DNA of 61,607 nt. It comes from Verrucomicrobiota bacterium (GTDB taxonomy: Bacteria; Verrucomicrobiota; Verrucomicrobiia; Limisphaerales; UBA1096). Position 1 is the first letter of the stretch. Each line of letters opens with the position of its first letter. The position numbers and the translations under genes are program-made. Shown here piece after piece: positions 29,481 through 40,060 of this stretch. The notes below the pieces were generated by a model. It saw nothing but the letters and a program-made list of their open reading frames with translations. It made no database searches and had not been told where the DNA came from. Location: assembly GCA_018674955.1 (NCBI GenBank), contig JABGZB010000090.1, forward strand, positions 1-61,607, written 5' to 3'.

Positions 29481-29492
29481 CAATGATTTTCT

Positions 29493-29504
29493 GCTTGGCC
29501 AAGC
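29493..29504. repeat. Iterated palindrome copy GCTTGGCCAAGC, intergenic
   Basis: It sits in the fur-suf promoter region between two AT-rich patches. Confidence 0.9.
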
Positions 29505-29571
29505 GGGCTTATTGCAATTTAGAATTATTCCAAGTATTGACACTGCGCTTGGCCAGTGGCATCTTTCCGGC

Positions 29572-30029
29572 ATGGCAACGGACCATCCTCCAGCGTCCGG
29601 TGAATCCCTCAACAAACGCTTAGCCGAGAAGGGACTTCGGTCCACTTCCCAGCGGCAACACGTTTTTGAGGTGCTGCTCAGCCAACGCGATCATCCCTCC
29701 GCCGAGGAGGTATTCATGCGGGCTAAGCAGTCGAAACCGGAGATTTCCATGGCCACGGTGTACAACAGCCTCGACGCGCTCGTGAAGTGCGGCGTCGTGC
29801 GGCAAGTAAATGTGGATCGTGGCGCAACACTGTTCTGCTCCAACATGGGCGAGCATGCGCACTTCTCCTGCGACGACTGCGGCAAGGTTTTTGACATGAA
29901 CTTGAAGGGCCTGCCGCAGGTGCCGATGGTCGACGTGCCAGGTGAGTTTGAGGTGAGAAAAATCGACATAGCACTGCACGGCCGCTGCACCGGCAAGTGT
30001 TCGGACTGTGGACGAAAGGAAGCCGTCGC

Positions 30030-30033
<4 letters not shown>
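29572..30033 (+). CDS. Fur-family transcriptional regulator (Fur/PerR/Zur subtype undetermined)
   Basis: [14 protein letters not shown] is a winged-helix motif, [14 protein letters not shown] is present, and a second CxxC is CSDC. The ATG is at 29572. The stop overlaps the sufB start (ATGA). Confidence 0.8.
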
Positions 30034-31475
<1,442 letters not shown>

Positions 31476-31491
31476 AATTTTTTAAAACGGA

Positions 31492-32241
31492 ATGCTACAG
31501 ATTAAAAATCTACAGGCGGGGATCGAGGATAAGTCGATCCTCAAGGGAATCGACCTCACGGTGAACGCCGGCGAGGTGCACGCCATCATGGGCCCGAACG
31601 GAAGCGGCAAAAGCACGCTCGCCTCCGTGCTCGCGGGACGCGACGGCTTTGACGTCACCGGCGGCGAGGCTCTTTACAACGGCAACGACTTGCTCGACCT
31701 CGCGCCGGAGGAACGCGCTCGCGAGGGTGTTTTTCTCGCATTTCAATACCCTGTGGAAATTCCCGGCGTGAACAGCGCGTACTTTTTGCGTTCCGCCGTC
31801 AACGCGATTCTCAAGCATCGCGGCGAGGAGGAACTCGATGCGATGAATTTCCTCAAAGCCGTGAAAGTGAAGATGAAAGAGCTTGGCCTGGGCGAGAACT
31901 TTCTTAAGCGCCCAGTCAACGCCGGCTTCTCCGGCGGCGAAAAAAAGCGCAACGAGATTTTGCAGATGACGATGCTTGATCCGCGACTGGCCATCCTCGA
32001 CGAGACCGACTCCGGCCTCGACATCGACGCGCTGCGCATCGTCGGCGACGGAGTGAACCGCCTGAAGCGCGACGACAACGCGCAGGTCGTCATCACACAT
32101 TACCAGCGACTGCTCGACTACATCGTGCCGGACTTCGTGCACGTGCTGCACGACGGTCGCATTATCAAGTCTGGTGACAAGTCGCTGGCTCTCGAGTTAG
32201 AGGAGAGGGGCTACGACTGGCTAATCAAGGAAGCCGCATGA
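31492..32241 (+). CDS. sufC: Fe-S cluster assembly ATPase SufC
   Basis: The Walker A motif is GPNGSGKST, the ABC signature is FSGGEKKR, and the Walker B motif is ILDETDSGLD. Confidence 0.95.
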   Translation: MLQIKNLQAGIEDKSILKGIDLTVNAGEVHAIMGPNGSGKSTLASVLAGRDGFDVTGGEALYNGNDLLDLAPEERAREGVFLAFQYPVEIPGVNSAYFLRSAVNAILKHRGEEELDAMNFLKAVKVKMKELGLGENFLKRPVNAGFSGGEKKRNEILQMTMLDPRLAILDETDSGLDIDALRIVGDGVNRLKRDDNAQVVITHYQRLLDYIVPDFVHVLHDGRIIKSGDKSLALELEERGYDWLIKEAA

Positions 32242-33542
32242 GCAGCATTGCCACCGCAAATTCCACCGTCACCCCGGTGGAGGCGTTCGTTGCAATCGAG
32301 CAAAACGGCGCGACACTGTTGCCGCTCCGCAAGGCCGGCTTAGCCCGGTTTTCCGAGTCGGATTACCCGACTTTGAGGGATGAGGATTGGCGCTTTACAA
32401 ACGTCAAGCCACTCTCCGAATTGCCGTTTCGGCCAACGCTCTCGCCGGTTAGCCAAGCGATTTTAGAAGAGCAACTTAGCGATGTTATTTTCGGCCAACT
32501 GGACGCAGATAGACTGGTCTTTGTCGATGGGCATTTCAGCTCTGCCCTGTCGCAAATCGCCGACCAGCCAAACGGCGTAACGATCTCTAACTTGGCGAAT
32601 GTTGAAGTCGAACTGGGCTCACTTTCCACCGGCGACGACAACCCATTTGTCGCGCTCAACGATGCCTTTTTTACGGACGGTGCTGTTATCCAAATCGCCG
32701 ACGGCCAGCGCTTGGCCAAACCGGTTCATTTACTGTTTGTCACCACGGCGAGCGAGGACGGCGACGCGGCGCACATTCGCAACTGGATTTTCGCCGGCAC
32801 TAACGCACAAGGCACAATCATCGAGTCGCACATCTCGCTTGGCCAAGCGGCGAGCGTGACCAACGTCGTCACCGAGTCGCGTATCGGCGACGGGGCGGAC
32901 ATTGAGCACATCAAGTTTCAGGATCAATCGAACAGGGCGTTTCACCTGGCGTCGCTGTACTCGAAGCTGGGCCGCGACGCACAGTATGGTTTCCACTCGA
33001 TCGCTCTTGGCGCGCGGTTGTCGCGCAACAACCTGCGCATGCGCCTGGCCCAGCCGGGCATCGAGTGCGTGCTTAACGGGTTGTACATGCTGCGTGGCCA
33101 GCAGTTGGCCGATCACCACATGATCGTCGAGCACGCCGCGCCGCACTGCGACAGCCACGAATATTTCAACGGCATCCTCGACGACCAATCGCGGGGGGTT
33201 TTTCACGGGCGCATCCTCGTGCAGCCCGGCGCGCAAAAGACCGACGCGAAGCAGACCAACAAAAACCTGCTGCTCAGCGACGACGCCACGGCGAACACAA
33301 AGCCGCAGCTCGAGATTTATGCCGACGACGTGAAGTGCACCCACGGCGCGACGATCGGCGCGATGGATGACGACGCGATTTTTTACCTGCAAACCCGGGG
33401 GATCGACACCGCCACCGCTCGGCGAATGCTGTTGCACGGGTTCGCCGGCGAGATCGTCGAGCGCATTCGGCACGACGCCGTGCGCGAGGAACTCGACGCG
33501 CTGGTGTGGAACCGGCTCGAGTCAGAGCACAAACTGGACTGA
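32238..33542 (+). CDS. sufD: Fe-S cluster assembly protein SufD
   Basis: An ATGA overlap with sufC is present. The C-terminal region resembles the SufB/SufD beta-helix (NGILDDQSRGVFHGRILV...THGATIG). Confidence 0.9.
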   Translation: MSSIATANSTVTPVEAFVAIEQNGATLLPLRKAGLARFSESDYPTLRDEDWRFTNVKPLSELPFRPTLSPVSQAILEEQLSDVIFGQLDADRLVFVDGHFSSALSQIADQPNGVTISNLANVEVELGSLSTGDDNPFVALNDAFFTDGAVIQIADGQRLAKPVHLLFVTTASEDGDAAHIRNWIFAGTNAQGTIIESHISLGQAASVTNVVTESRIGDGADIEHIKFQDQSNRAFHLASLYSKLGRDAQYGFHSIALGARLSRNNLRMRLAQPGIECVLNGLYMLRGQQLADHHMIVEHAAPHCDSHEYFNGILDDQSRGVFHGRILVQPGAQKTDAKQTNKNLLLSDDATANTKPQLEIYADDVKCTHGATIGAMDDDAIFYLQTRGIDTATARRMLLHGFAGEIVERIRHDAVREELDALVWNRLESEHKLD

Positions 33543-33545
33543 ATA

Positions 33546-33980
33546 GTGGCGAACTTTTTGGACACAACCGTCGATGAACTGGTCGAGAATTTCGAGATTC
33601 TCGGCGACTGGGAGGAGCGTTTCGCCTACCTGATCGAGCTGGGCAAAAAACTGCCGCCACTCGACGAGTCCGAGATGGTGGAGGACAACCGCGTGCACGG
33701 CTGCCAAGCGGCCGTCTGGCTGAAAATGCTGCCGACCAACGACTCGACATTTCATATTCACGCCGACTCGGACGCCTTCATCGTCAAGGGGTTGATTGCT
33801 GTTTTATTGATGATTTACAACGGAAAAACTGCCGAACAAATCTTGGCCGATGACGGCACGGCGACATTCGCCAAACTTGGGCTCGACCGGCACTTAAGCC
33901 CGACTCGCCGCAACGGATTGTACTCGATGTTGAGCCGAATCAAGGCCCTCGCCGCTGCATCGGTCGCACAGCCCGCTTAA
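33546..33980 (+). CDS. sufE: SufE-family sulfur acceptor
   Basis: ILGDWEERFAYLIELGKKLPPL is followed by RVHGCQAAVW, which carries the conserved acceptor Cys. The start is GTG. Confidence 0.8.
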   Translation: MANFLDTTVDELVENFEILGDWEERFAYLIELGKKLPPLDESEMVEDNRVHGCQAAVWLKMLPTNDSTFHIHADSDAFIVKGLIAVLLMIYNGKTAEQILADDGTATFAKLGLDRHLSPTRRNGLYSMLSRIKALAAASVAQPA

Positions 33981-33982
33981 AT

Positions 33983-34531
33983 ATGACCACCGCCGAACCC
34001 ATCGAACTCAGCCGCGACGTCGAGGCGTCGATCGTCCCCTCCGGCGACAAGGTGACGCTGCAAAAGGGCGAGGCAGCGCAGGTCACCCAGACGCTCGGCG
34101 GCACGTTCACGGTGATCGTCAACGGCAACATGTTTCGCATCGAGGGAAGCGACGCGGATGCGCTTGGCCTCGAACCGGTCAAGACTCCGGCGGAGGAAAC
34201 CAAGCGGCCGGAAACAGAGGACGACCTGAAGCAGCAGATCGAGGCGCAGCTCAAGACGGTTTACGACCCGGAGATCCCGGTGAACATCATTGACCTTGGC
34301 CTCGTGTACGACAGCACGCCAACCCAGCTCGACGGCGGCTGGCGCGTCGATGTGAAGATGACGCTCACCGCGCCCGGCTGCGGCATGGGGCCGGTACTGC
34401 AACAGGACGCACAAAACCGGCTGCTGTGCATCGAGGGCGTCGACGAGGTGGACGTGCAACTCGTCTGGGATCCGCCCTGGAATCACGATATGATGAGCGA
34501 GGCAGCCAAGCTGGAACTCGGCATGATGTGA
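33983..34531 (+). CDS. sufT: SufT-like Fe-S assembly protein (DUF59 with N-terminal extension)
   Basis: VYDPEIPVNIIDLGLVY and MTLTAPGCGMG are the DUF59 core. Confidence 0.75.
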   Translation: MTTAEPIELSRDVEASIVPSGDKVTLQKGEAAQVTQTLGGTFTVIVNGNMFRIEGSDADALGLEPVKTPAEETKRPETEDDLKQQIEAQLKTVYDPEIPVNIIDLGLVYDSTPTQLDGGWRVDVKMTLTAPGCGMGPVLQQDAQNRLLCIEGVDEVDVQLVWDPPWNHDMMSEAAKLELGMM

Positions 34532-35793
34532 TGAACCCACCCGCGGAAACAGCGAACTTGGCCAAGCGCGACGAATCAGTCGATTGGACAGCGCTCCGTG
34601 ACGACTTCCCGATCCTGCGCGAAACCGTCAACGGCCACCCGCTGGTTTATCTCGACAACGCCGCAAGTAGCCAGAAGCCGCAACAGGTCATCGATGCGGT
34701 TCGCCGCTACTACGAGCATGATAACGCCAACGTGCACCGTGGCATCCACGAATTGAGCAACCGCGCCACCGAGGCGTACGAGGGCGCGCGCCAGCGAGTC
34801 GCTGACTATCTTAACGCCGGCTCCCGCCAGGAAATTATTTTCACGCGCGGCACCACCGAGGGGCTGAACCTCATCGCCAACACCTGGGCGCTCGAAAAGC
34901 TGCGCGAGGGCGACACGATTCTCCTCACCGAGATGGAGCACCACAGCAACCTCGTGCCGTGGCAAATTCTGGCCAACCGGATCGGCGCAAAACTCGACTT
35001 CATCGAGATCACCGGCGACGACGGGCAGCTTGATTTGCAGTGGCTCGATGAGCAACTCGCCCGTGCCCGGCTGCTCTCGCTCACGCATATTTCCAACACG
35101 ATGGGCACAGTCAACCCGGTCGCCGAGATTTGCGCCCGTGCCCGTGCCGCAGGGGTGGTCACCGTGGTGGATGCCGCCCAAAGCGCCGGCCACGCACAGG
35201 TCGATGTGCAGGCGATCGACTGCGATTTCCTCGCCTTTTCCGGGCACAAAACCTGTGGGCCGACCGGCATCGGCGTGCTGTACGGCCGCCGCGAACTGCT
35301 CGAGGCCATGCCGCCGTATCAGGGGGGTGGCGAGATGATTTTGAAGGTCGAGTACCGCGATTCCACCTTCAATGTCGCTCCGCACAAGTTCGAGGCCGGC
35401 ACACCGAACGTCGCCGGCGCCGTTGGCCTGCACGCGGCGCTGGACTACCTCGACGCCATCGGCCGCGAGGCGATTTACGAGCACGACCAGCGCTTGGCCA
35501 AACGGGCCTGCGAGCGCCTGGCCGAGATCGACGGCATCCGGGTTTTTGGCCCGGCGGAAGGCCGCTCGGGCGTGGTGAGCTTCGTGCTGCCGGACGCCCA
35601 CGCTCTCGACCTAGCCACGATGGCCGACCAAAAGGGCGTCGCGTTGCGGGCGGGTCATCACTGCAATCAACCGCTCCTGGCCAAGCTCGGTGTCGCGGCG
35701 ACCGCCCGTGCGAGTTTTTACTTTTACAACACCGAGTCCGAGGTCGATCGCTTCATCGAGGTACTCCACGGCGTCAGAAAAATATTTGTCTGA
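34531..35793 (+). CDS. sufS: Cysteine desulfurase SufS (group II)
   Basis: The motifs YLDNAASSQKP, HISNTMGTVNP, SGHKTCGPTGIGVLY (PLP Lys) and RAGHHCNQPL (catalytic Cys loop) are present. The start overlaps the sufT stop by 1 nt. Confidence 0.92.
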   Translation: MNPPAETANLAKRDESVDWTALRDDFPILRETVNGHPLVYLDNAASSQKPQQVIDAVRRYYEHDNANVHRGIHELSNRATEAYEGARQRVADYLNAGSRQEIIFTRGTTEGLNLIANTWALEKLREGDTILLTEMEHHSNLVPWQILANRIGAKLDFIEITGDDGQLDLQWLDEQLARARLLSLTHISNTMGTVNPVAEICARARAAGVVTVVDAAQSAGHAQVDVQAIDCDFLAFSGHKTCGPTGIGVLYGRRELLEAMPPYQGGGEMILKVEYRDSTFNVAPHKFEAGTPNVAGAVGLHAALDYLDAIGREAIYEHDQRLAKRACERLAEIDGIRVFGPAEGRSGVVSFVLPDAHALDLATMADQKGVALRAGHHCNQPLLAKLGVAATARASFYFYNTESEVDRFIEVLHGVRKIFV

Positions 35794-36336
35794 ATGAGCG
35801 AAACCATCACAGGCGACTCCCCGATGCAGGCGGTGCTGCAGGTTTTTCCCGGCGCGCAGCGGGCGCTGTTTCGCAAGTACCACATCGGGGGGTGCAGCAG
35901 TTGCGGGTTTCAGCCGGAGGAAACGTTGGCCGGGGTTTGCGAGCGCAATGGCGATCTCCCCGTAGCCGACGTGTTGGAACAGATTCGCCAGAGCCACGAG
36001 GAGGATGCCCGCATTTTGATCGAGCCGAGCGACCTGGCCAAGCGGCGCGGCAACGGGGCGGACGTTCGCGTGGTGGACATCCGTTCGCGTGAGGAATTTG
36101 AGGCGGTGCACATCGACGGCTCGCAGTTGCTGACGCAGGACTTGATGCAGGAGATTCTCGGCAGTTGGGACAATGACCAGTTGTTCGTCATCGTCGATCA
36201 CCAAGGGAACAAATCCCTCGACGCGGCGGCCTATTATCTCGGCCACGGCATGCCGAATGTCCACGCACTGCGCGGCGGAATCGATGCCTGGTCGCTTGAG
36301 GTTGACTCGGCCGTCCGGCGCTACACTCTGAATTAA
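35794..36336 (+). CDS. DUF1858 (redox-disulfide CxxC) domain fused to a rhodanese-homology domain lacking the catalytic Cys
   Basis: The N-terminal HIGGCSSCGF is DUF1858-like. The C-terminal rhodanese fold is VRVVDIRSREEFEAVHIDGS...VIVDHQGNKSLDAAAYY...LRGGIDAW. In it, the C-x-x-G-x-R-S loop reads D-H-Q-G-N-K-S. Confidence 0.65.
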   Translation: MSETITGDSPMQAVLQVFPGAQRALFRKYHIGGCSSCGFQPEETLAGVCERNGDLPVADVLEQIRQSHEEDARILIEPSDLAKRRGNGADVRVVDIRSREEFEAVHIDGSQLLTQDLMQEILGSWDNDQLFVIVDHQGNKSLDAAAYYLGHGMPNVHALRGGIDAWSLEVDSAVRRYTLN

Positions 36337-36337
36337 A

Positions 36338-36835
36338 ATGAACGACGAGCTTCAAAAAAAAGTCGCCGAGGCGATCCGTGACCCGAAAAATGTCGGCGAG
36401 ATGGCGGACGCCGACTCGGTCGGCACGGTGGGCAATTCCGAGTGCGGCGAAATGCTGAGGCTGTGGGTGAAGTACAGGGAGCAGGACGGCGAAAAGATCA
36501 TCGACAAGGCCAGTTTCCAGAGCTTTGGCTGCGAGACGGCGATCGCCGTGGCGAGCCTGGCGACTGAATTGATCCAGGGAAAAACCGCCGACGAGGCAAT
36601 GGAAATGAAGCCGGAGGAACTCTCCGGCGAACTCGGCCCGCTGCCACCAATGAAGATTCACTGCGCCGAACTGGTGCAGGGTGCGCTGCATGATGCGCTT
36701 TCGCCCGAGAGCCAAGCGCTTGGCCAACCGGAGTCGCCGGCCAAGCCGGACGGGCTCGCCCCCACGCTCCGGGACAGCCTCAACGAGGGTCAGGCCAAGT
36801 CCGGCAGCATCAACATCCAGTTCCTCGACGAGTAA
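36338..36835 (+). CDS. iscU: IscU/NifU-type Fe-S scaffold
   Basis: Three Cys contexts are present: NSECGE, FGCETA and LPPMKIHCAEL. The last resembles the IscU LPPVK-x-HC motif rather than the SufU type. Confidence 0.8.
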   Translation: MNDELQKKVAEAIRDPKNVGEMADADSVGTVGNSECGEMLRLWVKYREQDGEKIIDKASFQSFGCETAIAVASLATELIQGKTADEAMEMKPEELSGELGPLPPMKIHCAELVQGALHDALSPESQALGQPESPAKPDGLAPTLRDSLNEGQAKSGSINIQFLDE

Positions 36836-36860
36836 ACCTCCGTCGCCTGCTTCCCGTCGC

Positions 36861-37718
36861 TCAGACCTCCTTGACGACTCCCCAGTGGACGTCGAGCTGT
36901 TTGGTGAGGTAGAGCCGAATGCCGTTCACCAGCGCCTTGGATTCCAGCTTTTGCCCGGCGGCGACGATCTGCTTGAGTGTCATCCCCGGCTTAATGCGGA
37001 AACTTTCCTGCGCGATGATAGGCCCCTCGTCGAGATGCATGCTGACGAAGTGCGCCGTAACGCCGGCAATTTTTACGCCATGCTCGTGCGCCTGCCGGTA
37101 CGGCTGCGGGCCGGGGAAACCCGGCAGCAACGAAGGGTGAATGTTGATGATCTTGTTCTTGAATCGCCAGACGAAGTTCGGCGACAAAATTTTCATGAAC
37201 CGCGCCAGCACGACGAAGTCCGCCTGCGCCTTCTCGAGGATGCGAAGTGCCTTGGTCTCCGCCTTGGCTCGGTTCGTCCAAGCAACATAATGAAATGGCA
37301 GGCCGGCTTTTTCGACCTTGGCCTTTAGATCGCGGTGGTTGCCAACGACGGCCACAATCTCCGTCTTGAGTTTTCTGGATTTCACCGACTCCAGAATGGC
37401 GTCGAGGCAATGCAGTTCACGGGTGACCATCAGGGCCATGCGTTGCGGGCGCTTGGGGTCCGTGAACCACCACTTGATCTCCATGCCCAAGTCGCGGCCC
37501 AGCGCGCGCAGTCCCTGGCCAAGCGATTTCTCGTTAAAAACCGTCACCCGCCAACTGGCCTGAATCGTCATGCTGAACTGCCCGCGCGTGACCTGCTCCT
37601 CCAACGCCTCGATGTTGGCCTTGGTTTCGAACAGCAGATTGGTGACTTTGGCCACGACGCCGGTCTTGTCCCGCCCGATGACAGTGATGGTCGCGTAACA
37701 ATTCATTGCGGGGCGCAA
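36861..37718 (-). CDS. purU: Formyltetrahydrofolate deformylase
   Basis: An N-terminal ACT domain is followed by a formyltransferase core (INIHPSLLPGFPG, HFV). Confidence 0.9.
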   Translation of the reverse strand: MRPAMNCYATITVIGRDKTGVVAKVTNLLFETKANIEALEEQVTRGQFSMTIQASWRVTVFNEKSLGQGLRALGRDLGMEIKWWFTDPKRPQRMALMVTRELHCLDAILESVKSRKLKTEIVAVVGNHRDLKAKVEKAGLPFHYVAWTNRAKAETKALRILEKAQADFVVLARFMKILSPNFVWRFKNKIINIHPSLLPGFPGPQPYRQAHEHGVKIAGVTAHFVSMHLDEGPIIAQESFRIKPGMTLKQIVAAGQKLESKALVNGIRLYLTKQLDVHWGVVKEV

Positions 37719-37759
37719 TTAAGCCGGTTTAAAGCGCGGAGAAAAGCGAAAACGGCCAG

Positions 37760-37773
37760 GCGCTTGGCCAAGC
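37760..37773. repeat. Iterated palindrome copy CGCTTGGCCAAGCG, intergenic
   Basis: It lies between the murJ stop and the purU start. Confidence 0.9.
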
Positions 37774-37776
37774 GGG

Positions 37777-39351
37777 TTAATCCTCTGCCTGGTTTTTTCG
37801 GATCAAGGCGAACAGGTCGCGAGCCTCGCGGAGGCCGATTGCGGCGGTGATTCCCCAGTAAACCAAGGCCGCGACGATGGCCGGGGCGAACACTTCGCCG
37901 ATTTTCAGCCACACCGTCTCGTAGCCGAGATTAACCACCCATTGGCCGTGCAAAAACCAGGCGACGCCACCCGCAACCACGGCCGCCAACAGCATGCCGG
38001 CGACCGGGCGCAGCAGCGACTGAATCTCCCACTTGGGCATCTTGCGTTTGAGGGCGTACGAGAGAAGCCCGACATTCAAGAGGGAACTGAGGGCATTGGC
38101 CACTCCGAGCGCGCCGGCTTGCAGTCCTTTCGGGAACATGAAAATGAGCGGCAACAACACCACGATGTTCATGCAGAGACACACCGCGCTGATCTGCATC
38201 GGCACCTTGGTGTCGCCCAGCGCGTAAAACACCCGAGCCATCACGTTGACCGCCGAGTAGGTCAGCAGGCTCGGCGCAAGGCACATTAGCGCGAAGGACG
38301 CGCGACGGGTCGAGACGGCGGTAAACTCGCCGTGCTCGAAAAGTAACCGCACCATCGGTTCGGCCAGCACCATCAGCATCGCCGCCGCGATTGCGTTCAC
38401 GAAAAACAGGTAACACATGCCACGCCGGAGGTTGTCGCGAAACTCGGGGAACTGTTTGTCCGCGGCCAAGCCGGCCAGCGTCGGCAAAAGGAACGTCGCC
38501 AGCGACACGCCGAACACTCCCTGCGGCAGCTCCATCAGCCGCACCGCGTACTCGAATGACGCCACGATCTGCGCGCCGCTGGAGCGCTCGATCCAGAACG
38601 CCAGCGTCTGGGTGATAATGATGTTGAACTGGAACGCCGCCACGCCGATCGTCGCCGGGATCATTTTGCGGACGACCTCCCGCACCGAGTCGTTGCGCCA
38701 CGGCGCGACCCAGCGGAGCCTGTAGCCCTCGCGATACAGGTACGGCACTTGAAACGCCGCCTGCGCCACGCCGGCGACCAGCACGCCAAACGCCAGCGCA
38801 AAAATCTGTTCACCCAAGTCCTCCCCCCAGCGTGGCGCGACGAGCAGCACCGTGGCGATCATCACCACGTTGAGCAGCGTGGCCCCCAGCGCCGGGATGA
38901 AAAAGTAGCCGCGCGAGTTGAGCATGCCCATGAACACCGCCGCGAGACAAACCAGCAACATGTACGGGAACACCACCCTCAACAGCTCGAGCATCAACCG
39001 CGTATGCGTGTCGAACTCCCCCCACATCAGTGCCGCAGAGAGGCCCAGCATCACCACTCCGATTACCAGCGAAGAGATCACCACCAGCGCGGAGACGACG
39101 GCGTTGGCCGTGTGCCACATCGCCTTGTCGCCCTCGGTTTTCTCCTTGTTTTTGAACAGCGGAATGAATGCCGCCGTGAGCGCGCCCTCGCCCAGCAGGC
39201 GGCGGAACAGGTTGGGAATCTGGAAGGCGTAAACGAAGGCGCTGGCGATCGGTCCGTCGCCCATGAACCGGGCGTAAATCATCACCCGCACCATCCCGAG
39301 CAGGCGACTGAGCAACGTGGCCCCGGCCATGGCACCGGAGGATTTGAGCAT
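37777..39351 (-). CDS. murJ: Lipid II flippase MurJ
   Basis: The N-terminus is MLKSSGAMAGATLLSRLLGMVRVMIYARFMG, and the protein has about 14 TM segments typical of MurJ/MviN. I chose the internal ATG at 39351. Confidence 0.85.
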   Translation of the reverse strand: MLKSSGAMAGATLLSRLLGMVRVMIYARFMGDGPIASAFVYAFQIPNLFRRLLGEGALTAAFIPLFKNKEKTEGDKAMWHTANAVVSALVVISSLVIGVVMLGLSAALMWGEFDTHTRLMLELLRVVFPYMLLVCLAAVFMGMLNSRGYFFIPALGATLLNVVMIATVLLVAPRWGEDLGEQIFALAFGVLVAGVAQAAFQVPYLYREGYRLRWVAPWRNDSVREVVRKMIPATIGVAAFQFNIIITQTLAFWIERSSGAQIVASFEYAVRLMELPQGVFGVSLATFLLPTLAGLAADKQFPEFRDNLRRGMCYLFFVNAIAAAMLMVLAEPMVRLLFEHGEFTAVSTRRASFALMCLAPSLLTYSAVNVMARVFYALGDTKVPMQISAVCLCMNIVVLLPLIFMFPKGLQAGALGVANALSSLLNVGLLSYALKRKMPKWEIQSLLRPVAGMLLAAVVAGGVAWFLHGQWVVNLGYETVWLKIGEVFAPAIVAALVYWGITAAIGLREARDLFALIRKNQAED

Positions 39352-39477
39352 GTCAGACAACGCGCGGGAGGCTAGGGACAAAGGCGATTGGAGTCGAGTG
39401 GGCAAGGCCAAGCGGCTGTCTTTTTTTGAACATCTTGCGAAATTTGACTCCAAATCAGCGATCAAAACCGATTCACT

Positions 39478-39489
39478 GCTTGGCCAAGC
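39478..39489. repeat. Iterated palindrome copy GCTTGGCCAAGC, intergenic
   Basis: It lies in the divergent murJ-glnB spacer. Confidence 0.9.
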
Positions 39490-39551
39490 TTTGCCTATAC
39501 TAACTCATAATTCACTTGCAATGAACAGGTTACGGATTCGGGTTCGGGCGT

Positions 39552-39566
39552 TGGCACGGGACTTGC
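39552..39566 (+). promoter_or_regulatory. Candidate sigma-54 (-24/-12) promoter for glnB
   Basis: TGGCAC-gggac-TTGC matches TGGCAC-N5-TTGC exactly. It is oriented toward glnB, about 66 nt before the ATG. Confidence 0.45.
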
Positions 39567-39622
39567 CGCTTTTTTGGAGCGAAGAGTTCCGCAGACCGGT
39601 AACTCCGCTCGCGAAGAATTGA

Positions 39623-39970
<348 letters not shown>

Positions 39971-40004
39971 GGCTAATCTTGTTTGTCGAAAGACAAAACA
40001 AAAA

Positions 40005-40031
40005 GGGAGCCGTTTCCGGCTCCCTTTTTTT
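40005..40031. terminator. Bidirectional rho-independent terminator
   Basis: GGGAGCCG-tttc-CGGCTCCC forms an 8-bp stem. It is flanked by an A-run upstream and a T-run downstream. It lies between the convergent glnB and the 40061-42652 gene. Confidence 0.75.
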
Positions 40032-40060
40032 AATCTCATCTGCCAGGCGTTTGGTCAGGG

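Noticed and set aside
29474-29492. A canonical Fur box at the cysQ 3' end, upstream of fur (TGATTAACAATGATTTTCT).
   Set aside because: Only about 10 of 19 positions match the GATAATGATAATCATTATC consensus, with a good match limited to AATGAT..TC. I mention it only as an AT-rich candidate operator within the suf finding.
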